Shown piece by piece: positions 10,634 through 20,915 of a stretch of 64,000 bases of DNA. The stretch is taken from assembly GCA_013334825.1 (NCBI GenBank), contig JAAXWR010000001.1:203769-267768 (forward strand). Reading direction: 5' to 3'. A program made the translations under genes and the position numbers. This DNA comes from Candidatus Yonathbacteria bacterium. Its GTDB lineage: Bacteria > Patescibacteriota > Minisyncoccia > Phycocordibacterales > JACNGX01. Below the pieces are notes generated by a model, which saw only the letters and a list, made by a program, of their open reading frames with translations, ran no database searches and was not told the origin of the DNA. Positions within the stretch are counted from its first letter, which is position 1. Every line of letters begins with the position of its first letter.

Positions 10634-12424
10634 ATGGATATTCGCAACATCGCCATCATCGCGCACGTGGACCACGGCAAGACAACCTTGACCGACATGT
10701 TGCTTCGTCAAAATGATGCCATCGCCGAAGGTGCATCTATGGACTCAAACACGCTTGAGCGTGAACGTGGTATCACCATTTATTCCAAAAATGCTTCGCT
10801 GATGTATCAGGGAACAAAAATCAATATCGTGGATACGCCGGGGCACGCGGACTTCGGTTCAGAAGTGGAGCGTGTCCTTCGTTCTATTGACTCGGTGCTT
10901 CTCATTGTGGATGCCCAAGAAGGTCCGATGCCACAAACGCGTTTCGTCTTGAAAAAGTCTCTTGAACTTGGGCTCCGTCCTATTGTCGTGATAAACAAAA
11001 TAGACAAACCTGCCGCTGACCCCGCGCGCGCGGAAAGTTTGGTGTTTGACTTGTTTGTAGAACTCGGTGCCGATGATGTGCAGGCGGACTTTCCTATTGT
11101 GTATGCCGATGGACGTTCTGGTATTGCCAAGATTGCACTTACGGATGAAAGTACCACACTCAATCCACTTCTCGATACTATTCTCGCGCATGTTCCTGTT
11201 GCATCGTCGGCAGAGAAAGAAGCACTTCCGCTTCGTTTTCAACCCTTTAATCTTGGCTATGACAACTTTATGGGACGTCTCGCTATTAGCCGTATTTATG
11301 AAGGGACAATATCTGTCGGTATGACTGTGCATGTGAAAAATAGTGCCGGAGAAACACGTCAAGGAAAAATCACAAAATTGTTTATTTTTAAAGGTTTGGG
11401 AAAAGAAGAAGCACAGTCCGCTGTCGCGGGTGATATTGTCATGGTTGCGGGTATTCCCGATATCGATATTGGAGAGACGGTGTTGTCCGACCCGTCGGGG
11501 GACATTTTGCCAGTGATTTCTGTTGATGAGCCGACAATCGCGCTTGATTTTCTGGTAAATGATTCACCGTTTGCGGGACGTGAAGGAAAGTTTGTGACGT
11601 CGCGTCAAATCCGCGAATACTTGGAACGCGAACTGGAAGTAAACGTGGGACTTCGCGTATCGTTTGACCGCAATGACGCGTTTCGTGTCCTTGGTCGAGG
11701 AGAATTGCATATCGCAATCCTCCTTGAAAATATGCGTCGTGCTGGGTATGAGGTGCAGGTATCCAATCCAGAAGTCATTACGAAAGAGGAGAATGGCAAA
11801 ACGATTGAACCATTTGAAGAAGTTATTGTCGATACGCCGGAAGCGTATCAAGGAACAATCATTGAGCGCCTCGGTATGCGCGGATTTGTCATTACACATA
11901 TTGATGCGGAACGTGAAGGTGTGCGACTGACACTCGAAGGTCCTACGCGAGGTATCCTTGGGTATCGCAATCAGTTTGTGATTGATACGAGAGGAGAGGG
12001 GATTCTCGCGACACGTTTTATCGGTTTCAAGCGTTTTACTGGAGAAGTGCGCAAGCGTGCCGTTGGTTCCATGACATCCATGGCATCGGGTAAGGTGCTG
12101 GGATATTCATTGTGGAATCTGCAAGACCGAGGAACACTGTATATCGGACCGGGTGCCGAAGTATATGAAGGTATGGTTATTGGCGATACGTCTAAGGGTG
12201 AAGAAATGTTTGTGAACCCGACAAAAGGAAAGCAACTCACCAACGTGCGCGCGTCGGGAACCGATGAAGCAATCAACCTTGTTCCGCCACTTGAGCTTTC
12301 CATTGAACGCGGACTTGAAGTGATGGCGGATGACGAGCTTCTTGAAGTAACACCAAAGAGTGTCCGTCTGCGTAAACGCTACTTGACGGAGAATGATAGG
12401 ACGAAAGCGAGAAAGACAAAATAA
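10634..12424 (+). CDS. typA: translational GTPase TypA/BipA
   Basis: [25 protein letters not shown] motifs. 596 aa, EF-G-like domain order. Confidence 0.9.
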   Translation: MDIRNIAIIAHVDHGKTTLTDMLLRQNDAIAEGASMDSNTLERERGITIYSKNASLMYQGTKINIVDTPGHADFGSEVERVLRSIDSVLLIVDAQEGPMPQTRFVLKKSLELGLRPIVVINKIDKPAADPARAESLVFDLFVELGADDVQADFPIVYADGRSGIAKIALTDESTTLNPLLDTILAHVPVASSAEKEALPLRFQPFNLGYDNFMGRLAISRIYEGTISVGMTVHVKNSAGETRQGKITKLFIFKGLGKEEAQSAVAGDIVMVAGIPDIDIGETVLSDPSGDILPVISVDEPTIALDFLVNDSPFAGREGKFVTSRQIREYLERELEVNVGLRVSFDRNDAFRVLGRGELHIAILLENMRRAGYEVQVSNPEVITKEENGKTIEPFEEVIVDTPEAYQGTIIERLGMRGFVITHIDAEREGVRLTLEGPTRGILGYRNQFVIDTRGEGILATRFIGFKRFTGEVRKRAVGSMTSMASGKVLGYSLWNLQDRGTLYIGPGAEVYEGMVIGDTSKGEEMFVNPTKGKQLTNVRASGTDEAINLVPPLELSIERGLEVMADDELLEVTPKSVRLRKRYLTENDRTKARKTK

Positions 12425-12477
12425 CGCGGACACGCGCGGAACAGACGCGGAAATTTGCTGAATGAGATATCACGCGT

Positions 12478-12505
12478 GGAGGGTCGCTCACGCGACCCCC
12501 TCCCG
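12478..12505 (+). terminator. hairpin after typA
   Basis: ggagggtcgctcacgcgaccccctcc. Confidence 0.5.
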
Positions 12506-12534
12506 TAATCTAGTCTCTCATATAACACAACCAT

Positions 12535-12566
12535 AGCGCGGGTTTTCCTTTTGGAAAACCCGCGCT
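12535..12566. terminator. perfect 32-nt palindrome/hairpin
   Basis: agcgcgggttttcc tttt ggaaaacccgcgct. Contains cgggttttcctttt, which recurs at 13321. Confidence 0.5.
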
Positions 12567-12637
12567 ATGCTCGTCTGTACAAAAAATATCACAGGATAAG
12601 CATTTTTTGATATGGTAGGGGAGAATCATAGAATAGA

Positions 12638-12666
12638 TTGACTTTTGTGTCAAAAGGTGATATAAT
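12638..12666 (+). promoter_or_regulatory. consensus sigma70-type promoter (TTGACT-17-TATAAT)
   Basis: ttgact tttgtgtcaaaaggtga tataat. The -35 box sits in the inverted repeat ttgac...gtcaa. Followed by the consensus SD aggagg 6 nt before the ATG at 12713. Confidence 0.7.
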
Positions 12667-12712
12667 TATACAAGGTTGATTCAAAAAAATAAATTTAAAC
12701 CGAGGAGGTTTT

Positions 12713-13276
12713 ATGTCCATTCAGTTTCGTTTCGCGCTCAAGAGTGAGGGTAACAACCCTTATCTCTCCATCTACGAAGAGCAGACTCCGGCAGAGGCGA
12801 CGGAACGTCTCGTCAACGCCGAGTTCTGCTATGGTTCCCGTGTCACGAAGGTGACTGATACCGTCCTGGTACTCAGGACAACGTATATGGGGCGCCATGA
12901 AATCGCCGTCTTCCAGGGACCGGCTGAGGAAATGAAAAAACTCGTCGCTCTGGCGACCATCTTCCCCAGGGCGATTGAGGTCTATCACGAGAGCGAGGAG
13001 TATATCGCAGCTCTTGCCGAGAAGGTCGAGGCCGCCGCCGGTCTTGTCTTCAAGGGTGTTCCGAAAGAGCTCGCCCTTCTCGTCCCTGTCAATTCCGAGG
13101 GGTGGCAAGTGCTTCAGAGGTCGCTTCTCTCCGTCTTCGGTGCCACCGAAGAGGAGATGAATCTTTGCGTCGCGCAGAAGATGGCACATAAGACCGTCTG
13201 TGCCATCTGCGAGATGGTGGAAGAAGGTATTTTCGCGTCTTTCACCGAAGCATTCGCCTACGCCAAGGCTTCCTGA
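12713..13276 (+). CDS. hypothetical acidic protein; high-GC, C/G-ending codon bias atypical for this window
   Basis: 187 aa. Consensus promoter and SD upstream, UUCG-tetraloop terminator downstream. No recognised family. Confidence 0.6.
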   Translation: MSIQFRFALKSEGNNPYLSIYEEQTPAEATERLVNAEFCYGSRVTKVTDTVLVLRTTYMGRHEIAVFQGPAEEMKKLVALATIFPRAIEVYHESEEYIAALAEKVEAAAGLVFKGVPKELALLVPVNSEGWQVLQRSLLSVFGATEEEMNLCVAQKMAHKTVCAICEMVEEGIFASFTEAFAYAKAS

Positions 13277-13304
13277 AGTTCTTTTTTAGGGTGACAGCCA
13301 CCCG

Positions 13305-13336
13305 CCCGCCGATTCGTCGGCGGGTTTTCCTTTTTT
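13305..13336 (+). terminator. intrinsic terminator (UUCG tetraloop hairpin + T-run)
   Basis: cccgccga ttcg tcggcggg ttttcctttttt. Shares the 14 nt cgggttttcctttt with 12538-12551. Confidence 0.7.
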
Positions 13337-13439
13337 GAGTTGGATATTGAGTCATTGAGGTATTGTTTGAACATTGTACATTGGGCATTATCAAACCGCT
13401 GGCGCATTGCTCAATTTTGTTGTATAGTAAAGCGCATCT

Positions 13440-14699
13440 ATGGATACACAAGATAAGAAACATGATGAGCATTTTGATGTTGTTGTTATCGGAGGCGGTG
13501 CCTCCGGTCTTTTTGCTGCTGGACGCGCGGCTGAGCGGGGCAAAAAGGTGCTCGTATTAGAGAAAAACCGCACGCTTGGGGAGAAGCTTCTTCTCACGGG
13601 TGGTGGCAGATGCAATATCACGAATGCCACATATGATACACGGGAGTTTCTCGCGCATTTGGGCAAGGGGACTGAACCGCTCTTTTCTGCCTTTGCGCAA
13701 TTTGATGTTGCAAAGACGTTCGCTTTTTTTGAACGCCGTGGACTGTCGCTCGTCGTTGAAGCGCGTGGACGTGCGTTCCCCGCATCGCAAAACGCGGGAG
13801 ATGTGCTCAAGGTGATTGAGTCGTATGCACGTGAAGGAGGAGCAATCATTCGTGTCAAAACAAAAGTAACGCGCATACTCGAGAAAAAGGGTCGTGTCGT
13901 GGGTGTAGAAACGGCAAAAAGTGTTATTGGCGCGGATGCCGTGATTGTCGCCACAGGTGGGCTCTCACATCCAGAGACGGGTTCTACCGGTGATGGGTTT
14001 ACGTTCTTGCGTGACCTGGGACATAGTGTGGAGGACCCTGCTGCTGATCTTGTGCCGATTGAAGTGCACGACGCATGGGTCAAGGCGCTTTCGGGCACGT
14101 CACTTTCGTTTATGAAAATGACCGTATATGCAAATGGCAAGAAAGCATTTGCGAAAAAAGGAAAAGTGCTCTTTACGCACTTTGGATTGTCGGGACCGCT
14201 TGTCTTGAATGCCGCACGTGCCATCGGGACACTCCTTGCGCAAGGGCGAGTAACTATTGCTATTGATGCATACCCTGATACGGATATTGGTGCTCTCGAA
14301 AAAGATATTATCCGCGTCTTTGATCAGGCGAAAAATAAAATGATAAAAAATGTTGCTGACGATATCATGCCCCATGGTATGGCAGAAGTTTTCCCGCTCC
14401 TCTTCCCGCACATTCCCCTTGATAAAAAGGTGCACAGTATTACCAAAGAAGAACGACGTCTCATTGTTGATACACTGAAAGCGCTTCCCGTTTCTGTTGT
14501 TGGTCTCATGGGTATGGACCGCGCCATTGTTTCTGATGGTGGTGTTCCTCTTGATGAAATTGATACGAAATATATGCGTTCGCGCTTGTACCCCAATCTG
14601 TATGTGACAGGGGATATGATTCATGTGAATCGCCAGTCAGGTGGATATTCGCTCCAAATTGCATGGACAAGTGGCTATGTTGCCGGCTCGGCGGCATAA
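13440..14699 (+). CDS. HI0933-family NAD(P)/FAD-dependent flavoprotein
   Basis: VVVIGGGASGLFAAGRAAERGKKVLVLEKN...GGGRCNITN, 419 aa. Confidence 0.8.
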   Translation: MDTQDKKHDEHFDVVVIGGGASGLFAAGRAAERGKKVLVLEKNRTLGEKLLLTGGGRCNITNATYDTREFLAHLGKGTEPLFSAFAQFDVAKTFAFFERRGLSLVVEARGRAFPASQNAGDVLKVIESYAREGGAIIRVKTKVTRILEKKGRVVGVETAKSVIGADAVIVATGGLSHPETGSTGDGFTFLRDLGHSVEDPAADLVPIEVHDAWVKALSGTSLSFMKMTVYANGKKAFAKKGKVLFTHFGLSGPLVLNAARAIGTLLAQGRVTIAIDAYPDTDIGALEKDIIRVFDQAKNKMIKNVADDIMPHGMAEVFPLLFPHIPLDKKVHSITKEERRLIVDTLKALPVSVVGLMGMDRAIVSDGGVPLDEIDTKYMRSRLYPNLYVTGDMIHVNRQSGGYSLQIAWTSGYVAGSAA

Positions 14700-14701
14700 T
14701 A

Positions 14702-14728
14702 AAAACCCGTCATGATGACGGGTTTCTG
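14702..14728. terminator. bidirectional hairpin
   Basis: aaaaacccgtcatgatgacgggttt. Confidence 0.5.
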
Positions 14729-14964
14729 AGGGTTATTGTGGCCACCATGTATAAGGGCACACAAAAGAGTACTGAAACACCATACACTGTGGAGATATTT
14801 CCTGTTGCCACTATCACGGCAACTCCCGCACCGGTGAAGGCGGTGATGGTTGCGAAAAAAAGATATACCCAGATATTCCTTTCTCTCCACGTCGTGTAAT
14901 ATAACACGATGAGAGAAAAAGATGCTGCCCATAGCATGAACAAAATTCCTGCGAGGTTTTCCAT
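14710..14964 (-). CDS. possible small membrane protein
   Basis: 84 aa, 2-3 hydrophobic helices. The stop lies inside the terminator hairpin. Confidence 0.25.
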   Translation of the reverse strand: MENLAGILFMLWAASFSLIVLYYTTWRERNIWVYLFFATITAFTGAGVAVIVATGNISTVYGVSVLFCVPLYMVATITLRNPSS

Positions 14965-15089
14965 GGCACGATGATTTTTTTATTATTGTAAGCGACGAAG
15001 AACAATATTTCTTATGTATCATAGATAGTAAGCAATGTCAATCACTATCAAGGAACTCGCACATTGTCTTTATGTGATATGATTTTTAT

Positions 15090-16187
15090 ATGAATATCTT
15101 ACTCTCAATATATAAACTTCCATATCTTTTTTCTGCAAGTATCGTTATTGTAGGTCTCTGTACTGCCGTGCCTCTCGCATACGCGGAGACGGCAACATAT
15201 ATGCGTATGCGCGTCGATGATGTTGTCCATGAGACGCGCGAAGCTATTTCGGGGACGGACACGTATCGTACGGTGCAGACGCTGTCGGCGACTGTTCTCG
15301 ATGGAGAGAGACACGGTGAACGTATAGAGATTGAAAATGATAGGATACCCCTCGTGGAAGGAGATGTCTTTTTTGCAAAAGTAGTAACTGCTGGTGAAGG
15401 AGAGATGATTTCTGTATATGACGCGGACAGAACACGTGTACTCGGTATGCTCGGTATTGTATTTGTCGCGATGACACTTCTTTTTGGTGGCAAACAAGGT
15501 GCGCGGTCACTTGGCTCTCTTTTTGTTAGTATTGCGGTCATTGCATTTGTGTTGTTGCCTCTCTTGTCTCTCGGTTTTCCTCCTGTACCAACAGCGACTG
15601 GTATTGGCGTAGGAATGCTCTTTGTTGCAATATTTCTTACGCATGGATGGAATAAGGGTTCTGTCGTTGCATTTGGGGGAACGGCGCTCGCCGTTGTGCT
15701 TACAGGGATTATCGCATGGTTTGTTCTTGGCGTGGGCATGTTCACAGGGCTTTCTTCTGATGAGTCACTTTCTATTGCTTTGGGTACAACGGGGCATATT
15801 GATCTTGCGGGCATACTTCTTGCTTCTGTTATTATCGGCGCACTCGGTGTGCTTGATGATGTGGGTATTACGCAAGTATCTGTCACGCGCGAACTTTGCG
15901 CGATGGGGGGACGCACACGTCGCGAGGTGTACCAAAGCGCGATGAAGGTCGGTAAAGACCATATCGGCGCGCTCATCAATACACTTGTTCTTGCGTATAC
16001 AGCATCAGCGTTACCACTCCTTCTTCTCTTCACACTTTCGCATGAAATGCCCGCAATCGTTCTTATCAATGGTGAAGCAATAGCCGAAGAGATTGTGCGC
16101 GCTCTTGCGGGAAGTGTCGGTCTTATTGTGGCAGTTCCTCTGACGACATATGTCGCGGTGAGGACGTTTTTTGTGTCTCAACGTTGA
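15090..16187 (+). CDS. YibE/F-like family membrane protein
   Basis: Signal or TM, then an extracytoplasmic domain, then ~7 TM. Composition and length resemble YibE/F. Confidence 0.55.
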   Translation: MNILLSIYKLPYLFSASIVIVGLCTAVPLAYAETATYMRMRVDDVVHETREAISGTDTYRTVQTLSATVLDGERHGERIEIENDRIPLVEGDVFFAKVVTAGEGEMISVYDADRTRVLGMLGIVFVAMTLLFGGKQGARSLGSLFVSIAVIAFVLLPLLSLGFPPVPTATGIGVGMLFVAIFLTHGWNKGSVVAFGGTALAVVLTGIIAWFVLGVGMFTGLSSDESLSIALGTTGHIDLAGILLASVIIGALGVLDDVGITQVSVTRELCAMGGRTRREVYQSAMKVGKDHIGALINTLVLAYTASALPLLLLFTLSHEMPAIVLINGEAIAEEIVRALAGSVGLIVAVPLTTYVAVRTFFVSQR

Positions 16188-16546
16188 TACACTTGTCTCT
16201 TATATACTCTATCCGTTATACTATACACATGATGGAACAAGCACACACAGAAGAGCAGACAAGTGTACCAGAGCAACAGGCAAGCCATGTTGCGCCTATT
16301 GATGTGAATCCTCCGTTGCAAGCGTCGGCATCTTCTATTCCAGTACTTCCTGCTGTCTCTGCCAATAGAGAGCGTTTTATGAAGGTTGCGTATCCAGTGT
16401 TCGCGGGTGTACCCACTGCCATCATCATTTTGTTTTCCTTTGATTTTGGTGAGACATACCGGACTGTGTTGGAAAAAGTACTTTCGCCCATTATCACGGG
16501 AGTTACGTCTGGTTTTATCCTCTATATTCTTGGTTTGAAGCGATAA
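16184..16546 (+). CDS. small hypothetical membrane protein
   Basis: 120 aa with two C-terminal TM helices. Overlaps the upstream gene's stop. Confidence 0.35.
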   Translation: MIHLSLIYSIRYTIHMMEQAHTEEQTSVPEQQASHVAPIDVNPPLQASASSIPVLPAVSANRERFMKVAYPVFAGVPTAIIILFSFDFGETYRTVLEKVLSPIITGVTSGFILYILGLKR

Positions 16547-16552
16547 CGAATA

Positions 16553-16590
16553 TAAAAACAAGCGCGCGTGAGCGCGCTTGTTTTTATATG
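16553..16590. terminator. bidirectional hairpin terminator
   Basis: aaaaacaagcgcgcgtgagcgcgcttgttttt. Confidence 0.6.
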
Positions 16591-16597
16591 GGGATAA

Positions 16598-17788
16598 TTA
16601 CTTTGTATCCTTGAGGAAGAGTGTGACGGGAAGTCCTATAACGACAAGCATGATACCGAGGACAAGAAAGAGTGATGAGAATGGAAGAAATACGAGCGTA
16701 AGAGATGCAAGCATTGGACCGATGATATACGCGAGTGAATTAGTATTTCTAAAGAAGCCAATGATATGGGTATCATCAGAATGGATATGTTTAAAGAAAT
16801 ATGTTTCTGACATGGTCTCGACGATACTTGCGCCGATACGGGTTGCCGCAAATATGAGAATCCACCGAAAGAGTTCCGTTCCTACGTCCATGGTTGAGAT
16901 AAATGCAGTGGAAACTCCCATAATAAGAAATCCGAGGAAAAGAAGTTCCTTCTCTCCCCAATGTTTGTCAGCGATGTGCCCAGCAGGAAGAGCGAGGAGA
17001 ACGAAGGGAATGAGCATCACGGTAAAGATAATACCGATATCATTCCATGCGAGACCTATGACATTGTGGAGATAGAGAGGACTGTAAATGACCATCCACG
17101 TGTAGAAAAAACGCAAGAGTAGATTGACGATGAAAATAAGAAACACATCTTTTTTTTGCGCAACTTCCTTGAATGTTGTAAGAAATTGGATGCGTTCATA
17201 CACCGGGTCTTTGAAGTTTCGCATGTAGGTGAGAAGAAGGAAGGTTACAGAAAAAACAGTTACCGTTGTAAGCGAAAATATTTTCCAATAATCACCATTA
17301 GTGAGAATAGATCCAGTGATAAATGGAGAAATGAGAAAAGCAATATTCGTGAGTGTGAGAAATGCGCCACGAATACTTCCCGTGCGCGCGTCAGAAGAAA
17401 AGCGTTCTATGAATACATCTTGCGTGAAAAACATGACATTGATACATGCCATGTACAAGATAAATGAGATAAAGATAATAAGGGGAACAGAAGAGAAAGC
17501 AAGGGAAAGCGTGAGCATGGCGATGCATGCTGAAAGCAAAAAAGCGACGGGATAATTACCAAAGCGTGACAGTATACGAGGAATGAGTGTGATGAGGATG
17601 AAAGAAAGAATAGCTCCCGCAACATAGAGTAAGCCCACCGTGCGCTCAATGGCAAATCTTGTCAAAAATGTTGACATGACATAGGTAGGCAATGCCACGG
17701 TAAGGGAGAAGACAAATTGGATAAGGTATAATCCTCTAAATATTTCTGTTTTACGGGCGTCTTCTTTTGCAACAGGGGGGACAACAAG
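16598..17788 (-). CDS. MFS transporter
   Basis: ~12 TM. Start probably MLVVPP... inside the 16598..17890 ORF. Confidence 0.65.
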   Translation of the reverse strand, partial: LVVPPVAKEDARKTEIFRGLYLIQFVFSLTVALPTYVMSTFLTRFAIERTVGLLYVAGAILSFILITLIPRILSRFGNYPVAFLLSACIAMLTLSLAFSSVPLIIFISFILYMACINVMFFTQDVFIERFSSDARTGSIRGAFLTLTNIAFLISPFITGSILTNGDYWKIFSLTTVTVFSVTFLLLTYMRNFKDPVYERIQFLTTFKEVAQKKDVFLIFIVNLLLRFFYTWMVIYSPLYLHNVIGLAWNDIGIIFTVMLIPFVLLALPAGHIADKHWGEKELLFLGFLIMGVSTAFISTMDVGTELFRWILIFAATRIGASIVETMSETYFFKHIHSDDTHIIGFFRNTNSLAYIIGPMLASLTLVFLPFSSLFLVLGIMLVVIGLPVTLFLKDTK

Positions 17789-18037
17789 CATAGTGTGTAT
17801 AGTATAGCAGAAAACGTGCATTATGGAACATAAACGAGTTCGTAGTTCGTAGTTCTTAGTTCGTAGAGTGAACTGGTGAGTTTGAAACATGTTATGTCCC
17901 TTGTTTGGTACGGGATTATCAGCATGTCATGAGCCCACATCGCTTGTATGCACCCCACGTGGTGGATGTTTACTTTATTATGTTGAATACCTGAATACTG
18001 TGGAGTGGAAAAACAAAAAAGCGCAGAGTATGCGCTT

Positions 18038-18400
18038 TTAAAATACAGGACACATGCCAAGATATATCATCATATCCCGTATTCTTTCCGGACAACCTTT
18101 TATCGTAAATGTTTCTCTTTTTCTGTTTTCTGTTTCATATATTTTTTTGCAAAGAAACACTTCTTTCAGCGTGGAATCCGGGACCCAGCTTACTCGAAAG
18201 GCACCGTCTTTTTGTGCGTAATCGACGATCTCTGAGTTTGTCGCTTGGTTATTTGCACTGAAAAGAAAGATATGAAAACCTGAGCCATCTTTGTATTTTT
18301 CAATACCGACGACTCTTCCTAACCAAACTTCTGCTTCACAAAAAGAAGGAAGTCCGTGTAAACTGGAAATACTTGATAAGGTTTCAGCGATAGTTGGCAT
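18038..18400 (-). CDS. hypothetical protein
   Basis: Internal start MPTIAETL of the 135-aa ORF. No motif recognised. Confidence 0.3.
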   Translation of the reverse strand: MPTIAETLSSISSLHGLPSFCEAEVWLGRVVGIEKYKDGSGFHIFLFSANNQATNSEIVDYAQKDGAFRVSWVPDSTLKEVFLCKKIYETENRKRETFTIKGCPERIRDMMIYLGMCPVF

Positions 18401-18603
18401 GGTATAAGTATTTATTGGTGTTGAGAGGACGGCGGATAACCGCATGAGAAAATAGCATATTTGTATAGAATAGTCAATTGGTTTCGTATGTGAATACAGC
18501 GCGATGGGAATGAACCAGTCGCGCTGTATTTTTATGAATCAAGTTTTATACAGGGGAGACAAGACAAAAAATCGTCTGTATCTTCCACATGTTATTCTTG
18601 GCG

Positions 18604-20679
18604 CTAGACGCCGAGAAGTACTGGTATGACAATTGGTCGTTTTGCTGTTTTTTGCAAGAGGTAGCGACCGATGTCGTCCGCGACTTTGTCTTTGACGAAT
18701 TCAAAGTTAATCGGATGCATGCCGACGAGCGCGTCTTCGATTGTGCGTTTGGTGAGATTGCGTGTCTCGCGGAGAAGGTCTTGGGAATCGCGCAGATAGA
18801 CAAAACCACGTGAGATGATGTCAGGTGACTTGCGTAGACGTCCCGTATTCATATCAACGAGTGCCACAACCATAAGGATGCCGTCTTGGGCGAGCATCTG
18901 ACGGTCGCGTATGACGACTTCCTGGGTTTCACCGATAGAAAATCCGTCTACCATAACAACGCTTGCAGGTGCTTTTTCTTTTTGAATGGTTAGTCCTTTT
19001 GCGCCCATATCGATGATAGTACCGTTATCAGGGATGATGATATGGTCTTTGGGGAATCCATTCAAGTCCGTTACTGTTTGTGCATGTACACGAAGCATGG
19101 AGTGATATCCATATGCGGGCATGAAGTATGTTGCACCAACCTGTTTGTTGATCCATGCAAGTTCACCTGCATTTCCATGTCCTGTCGAGTGAACATCAGA
19201 CACACGATAGTGAATGATACGCACATCATGACGGTAGAGATTGTCTTTGAGTTTCTGAACAGAGATTTCATTTCCCGGAATGATAGAGGACGACAAGACG
19301 ATGGTGTCTTTGGGTGTAAAGCGAATGTATTTGTGTGTCTTGTTTGCGACACGCATGAGGACTGCAAATTCTTCACCTTGCGCTCCTGTCGCGAGTATCA
19401 TGATTTTACTCGAGGGATATTTTTCCATTTCTTCAAGGGGAATAATTGTCTCGGGTTTGACACTGAGAAGCCCTGCTTTTTTGGCAATTTCAATATTGGA
19501 TTTGATACTGCGTCCATCGACGACGACCTTTTTCCCATGCTTTTCGGCAAGTTGAATGAGTTTGACGAGACGTGCGAACTGTGAGGCGAATGTACCTATA
19601 ATGAGACGGTCAGGTACCGTCTTGATAATTTCTTCAAGATTTTTGTGAATTTGTTCTTCGGTGATAGAAAATCCTGGACGTTCAACGTTTGTTGAGTCAG
19701 CAATAAAGAGCAAATTGTTTTGTTTGCCAATATGCGACCAGACTTTTTTTTCACGCTCTACGGGGTCGCCATCTTCATGATCGAGTTTAAGATCTCCCGT
19801 AATGACAATATTGCCGTGTTTTGTTTTTATTGAAGCGCCCATTGAATCGGGAATAGAGTGTGTGACAGGGAAAAACTCAAGCGACGTTTTACCCAGGGTG
19901 ATAGTCTGACCCGGTTCTACAAGTTTAATATTGAGCGCGGGCATATGAGGGAACTCTTCTTGGCGTTTGCGAATCATGAGCTCTGTGAGCGCGCGAGTAT
20001 ATATGGGAGGGTTACCAATGCGGGGCATGATATAGGGGATGCCACCGATGTGGTCGAGGTGTCCGTGCGTGATAACTACGCCACGGATACGCTCTTTGCG
20101 TTCTTCAAGATATTTGGTATTGGGCAAGATATAATCGATGCCGGGAGATTCATCTTCGGTGAATTGAAAGCCAACGTCAAAGATAATGATATCTTCGCCG
20201 TATTCAACGATAATCATATTTTTACCGACTTCCTCAACGCCACCCAAAGGAATGACGCGGACATTATCTCCTACAGGAGGAAGTCCGAGTGTTACCTTGG
20301 GACCTTTTGCAGGGAGGATAGGGTGGGGTGATGGGCGTTTGTCGGCACGCATGCGCGAAGGACCACTTTTACGTGTAGGTGCTCCTGTGGGGCGAGGCGT
20401 TCTTGTCACAGGAACATGCGCTGGACGACGGGTTGGTGTGCTTGTGTGTGTGGTATGCGCGACACGGACGGGAATATGTCGCGTATGCGAAGGGGTGACT
20501 CGGCTCGTAGGCACGCTCGGGCGTGACACTGGACGTGCCGAAGAGTGCAGAGGTCGTACTGTGCCTTGCGTGGGAGTGTTACCAAGGACAGGGCGTCGAG
20601 ATGACGAAGTGTGTCCAGGGGTGTTTGTCGGTGGTACCCGACGAAACGTAGGTTTTCGATGTTGTTCTGGTGTGTTCAT
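18604..20679 (-). CDS. rnj: ribonuclease J (beta-CASP metallo-beta-lactamase) with ~150-aa Pro/Thr/Arg-rich N-terminal extension
   Basis: HGHLDHIGG (HxHxDH) motif, beta-CASP and C-terminal domains, 691 aa. Confidence 0.85.
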   Translation of the reverse strand: MNTPEQHRKPTFRRVPPTNTPGHTSSSRRPVLGNTPTQGTVRPLHSSARPVSRPSVPTSRVTPSHTRHIPVRVAHTTHTSTPTRRPAHVPVTRTPRPTGAPTRKSGPSRMRADKRPSPHPILPAKGPKVTLGLPPVGDNVRVIPLGGVEEVGKNMIIVEYGEDIIIFDVGFQFTEDESPGIDYILPNTKYLEERKERIRGVVITHGHLDHIGGIPYIMPRIGNPPIYTRALTELMIRKRQEEFPHMPALNIKLVEPGQTITLGKTSLEFFPVTHSIPDSMGASIKTKHGNIVITGDLKLDHEDGDPVEREKKVWSHIGKQNNLLFIADSTNVERPGFSITEEQIHKNLEEIIKTVPDRLIIGTFASQFARLVKLIQLAEKHGKKVVVDGRSIKSNIEIAKKAGLLSVKPETIIPLEEMEKYPSSKIMILATGAQGEEFAVLMRVANKTHKYIRFTPKDTIVLSSSIIPGNEISVQKLKDNLYRHDVRIIHYRVSDVHSTGHGNAGELAWINKQVGATYFMPAYGYHSMLRVHAQTVTDLNGFPKDHIIIPDNGTIIDMGAKGLTIQKEKAPASVVMVDGFSIGETQEVVIRDRQMLAQDGILMVVALVDMNTGRLRKSPDIISRGFVYLRDSQDLLRETRNLTKRTIEDALVGMHPINFEFVKDKVADDIGRYLLQKTAKRPIVIPVLLGV

Positions 20680-20915
20680 ACAGAATGTGATTAATGTGTG
20701 TATACAACGGTAAGGATTGTTGTATGCAACGATGAAGTGTCATCGCAAATAATAATAATGGTATTGAACGTATATATGATCGATACAAAGCGATATGTAT
20801 ATCGGCTTCCCCGAGAGGGGGACAAGGTATCAAGTATGTTTGTTCGGACACCATGACAGGGCGCATCATGTGTGATGAGGAACGCCATGCTATGGGGTAC
20901 GAAATGCAGTAAGAA

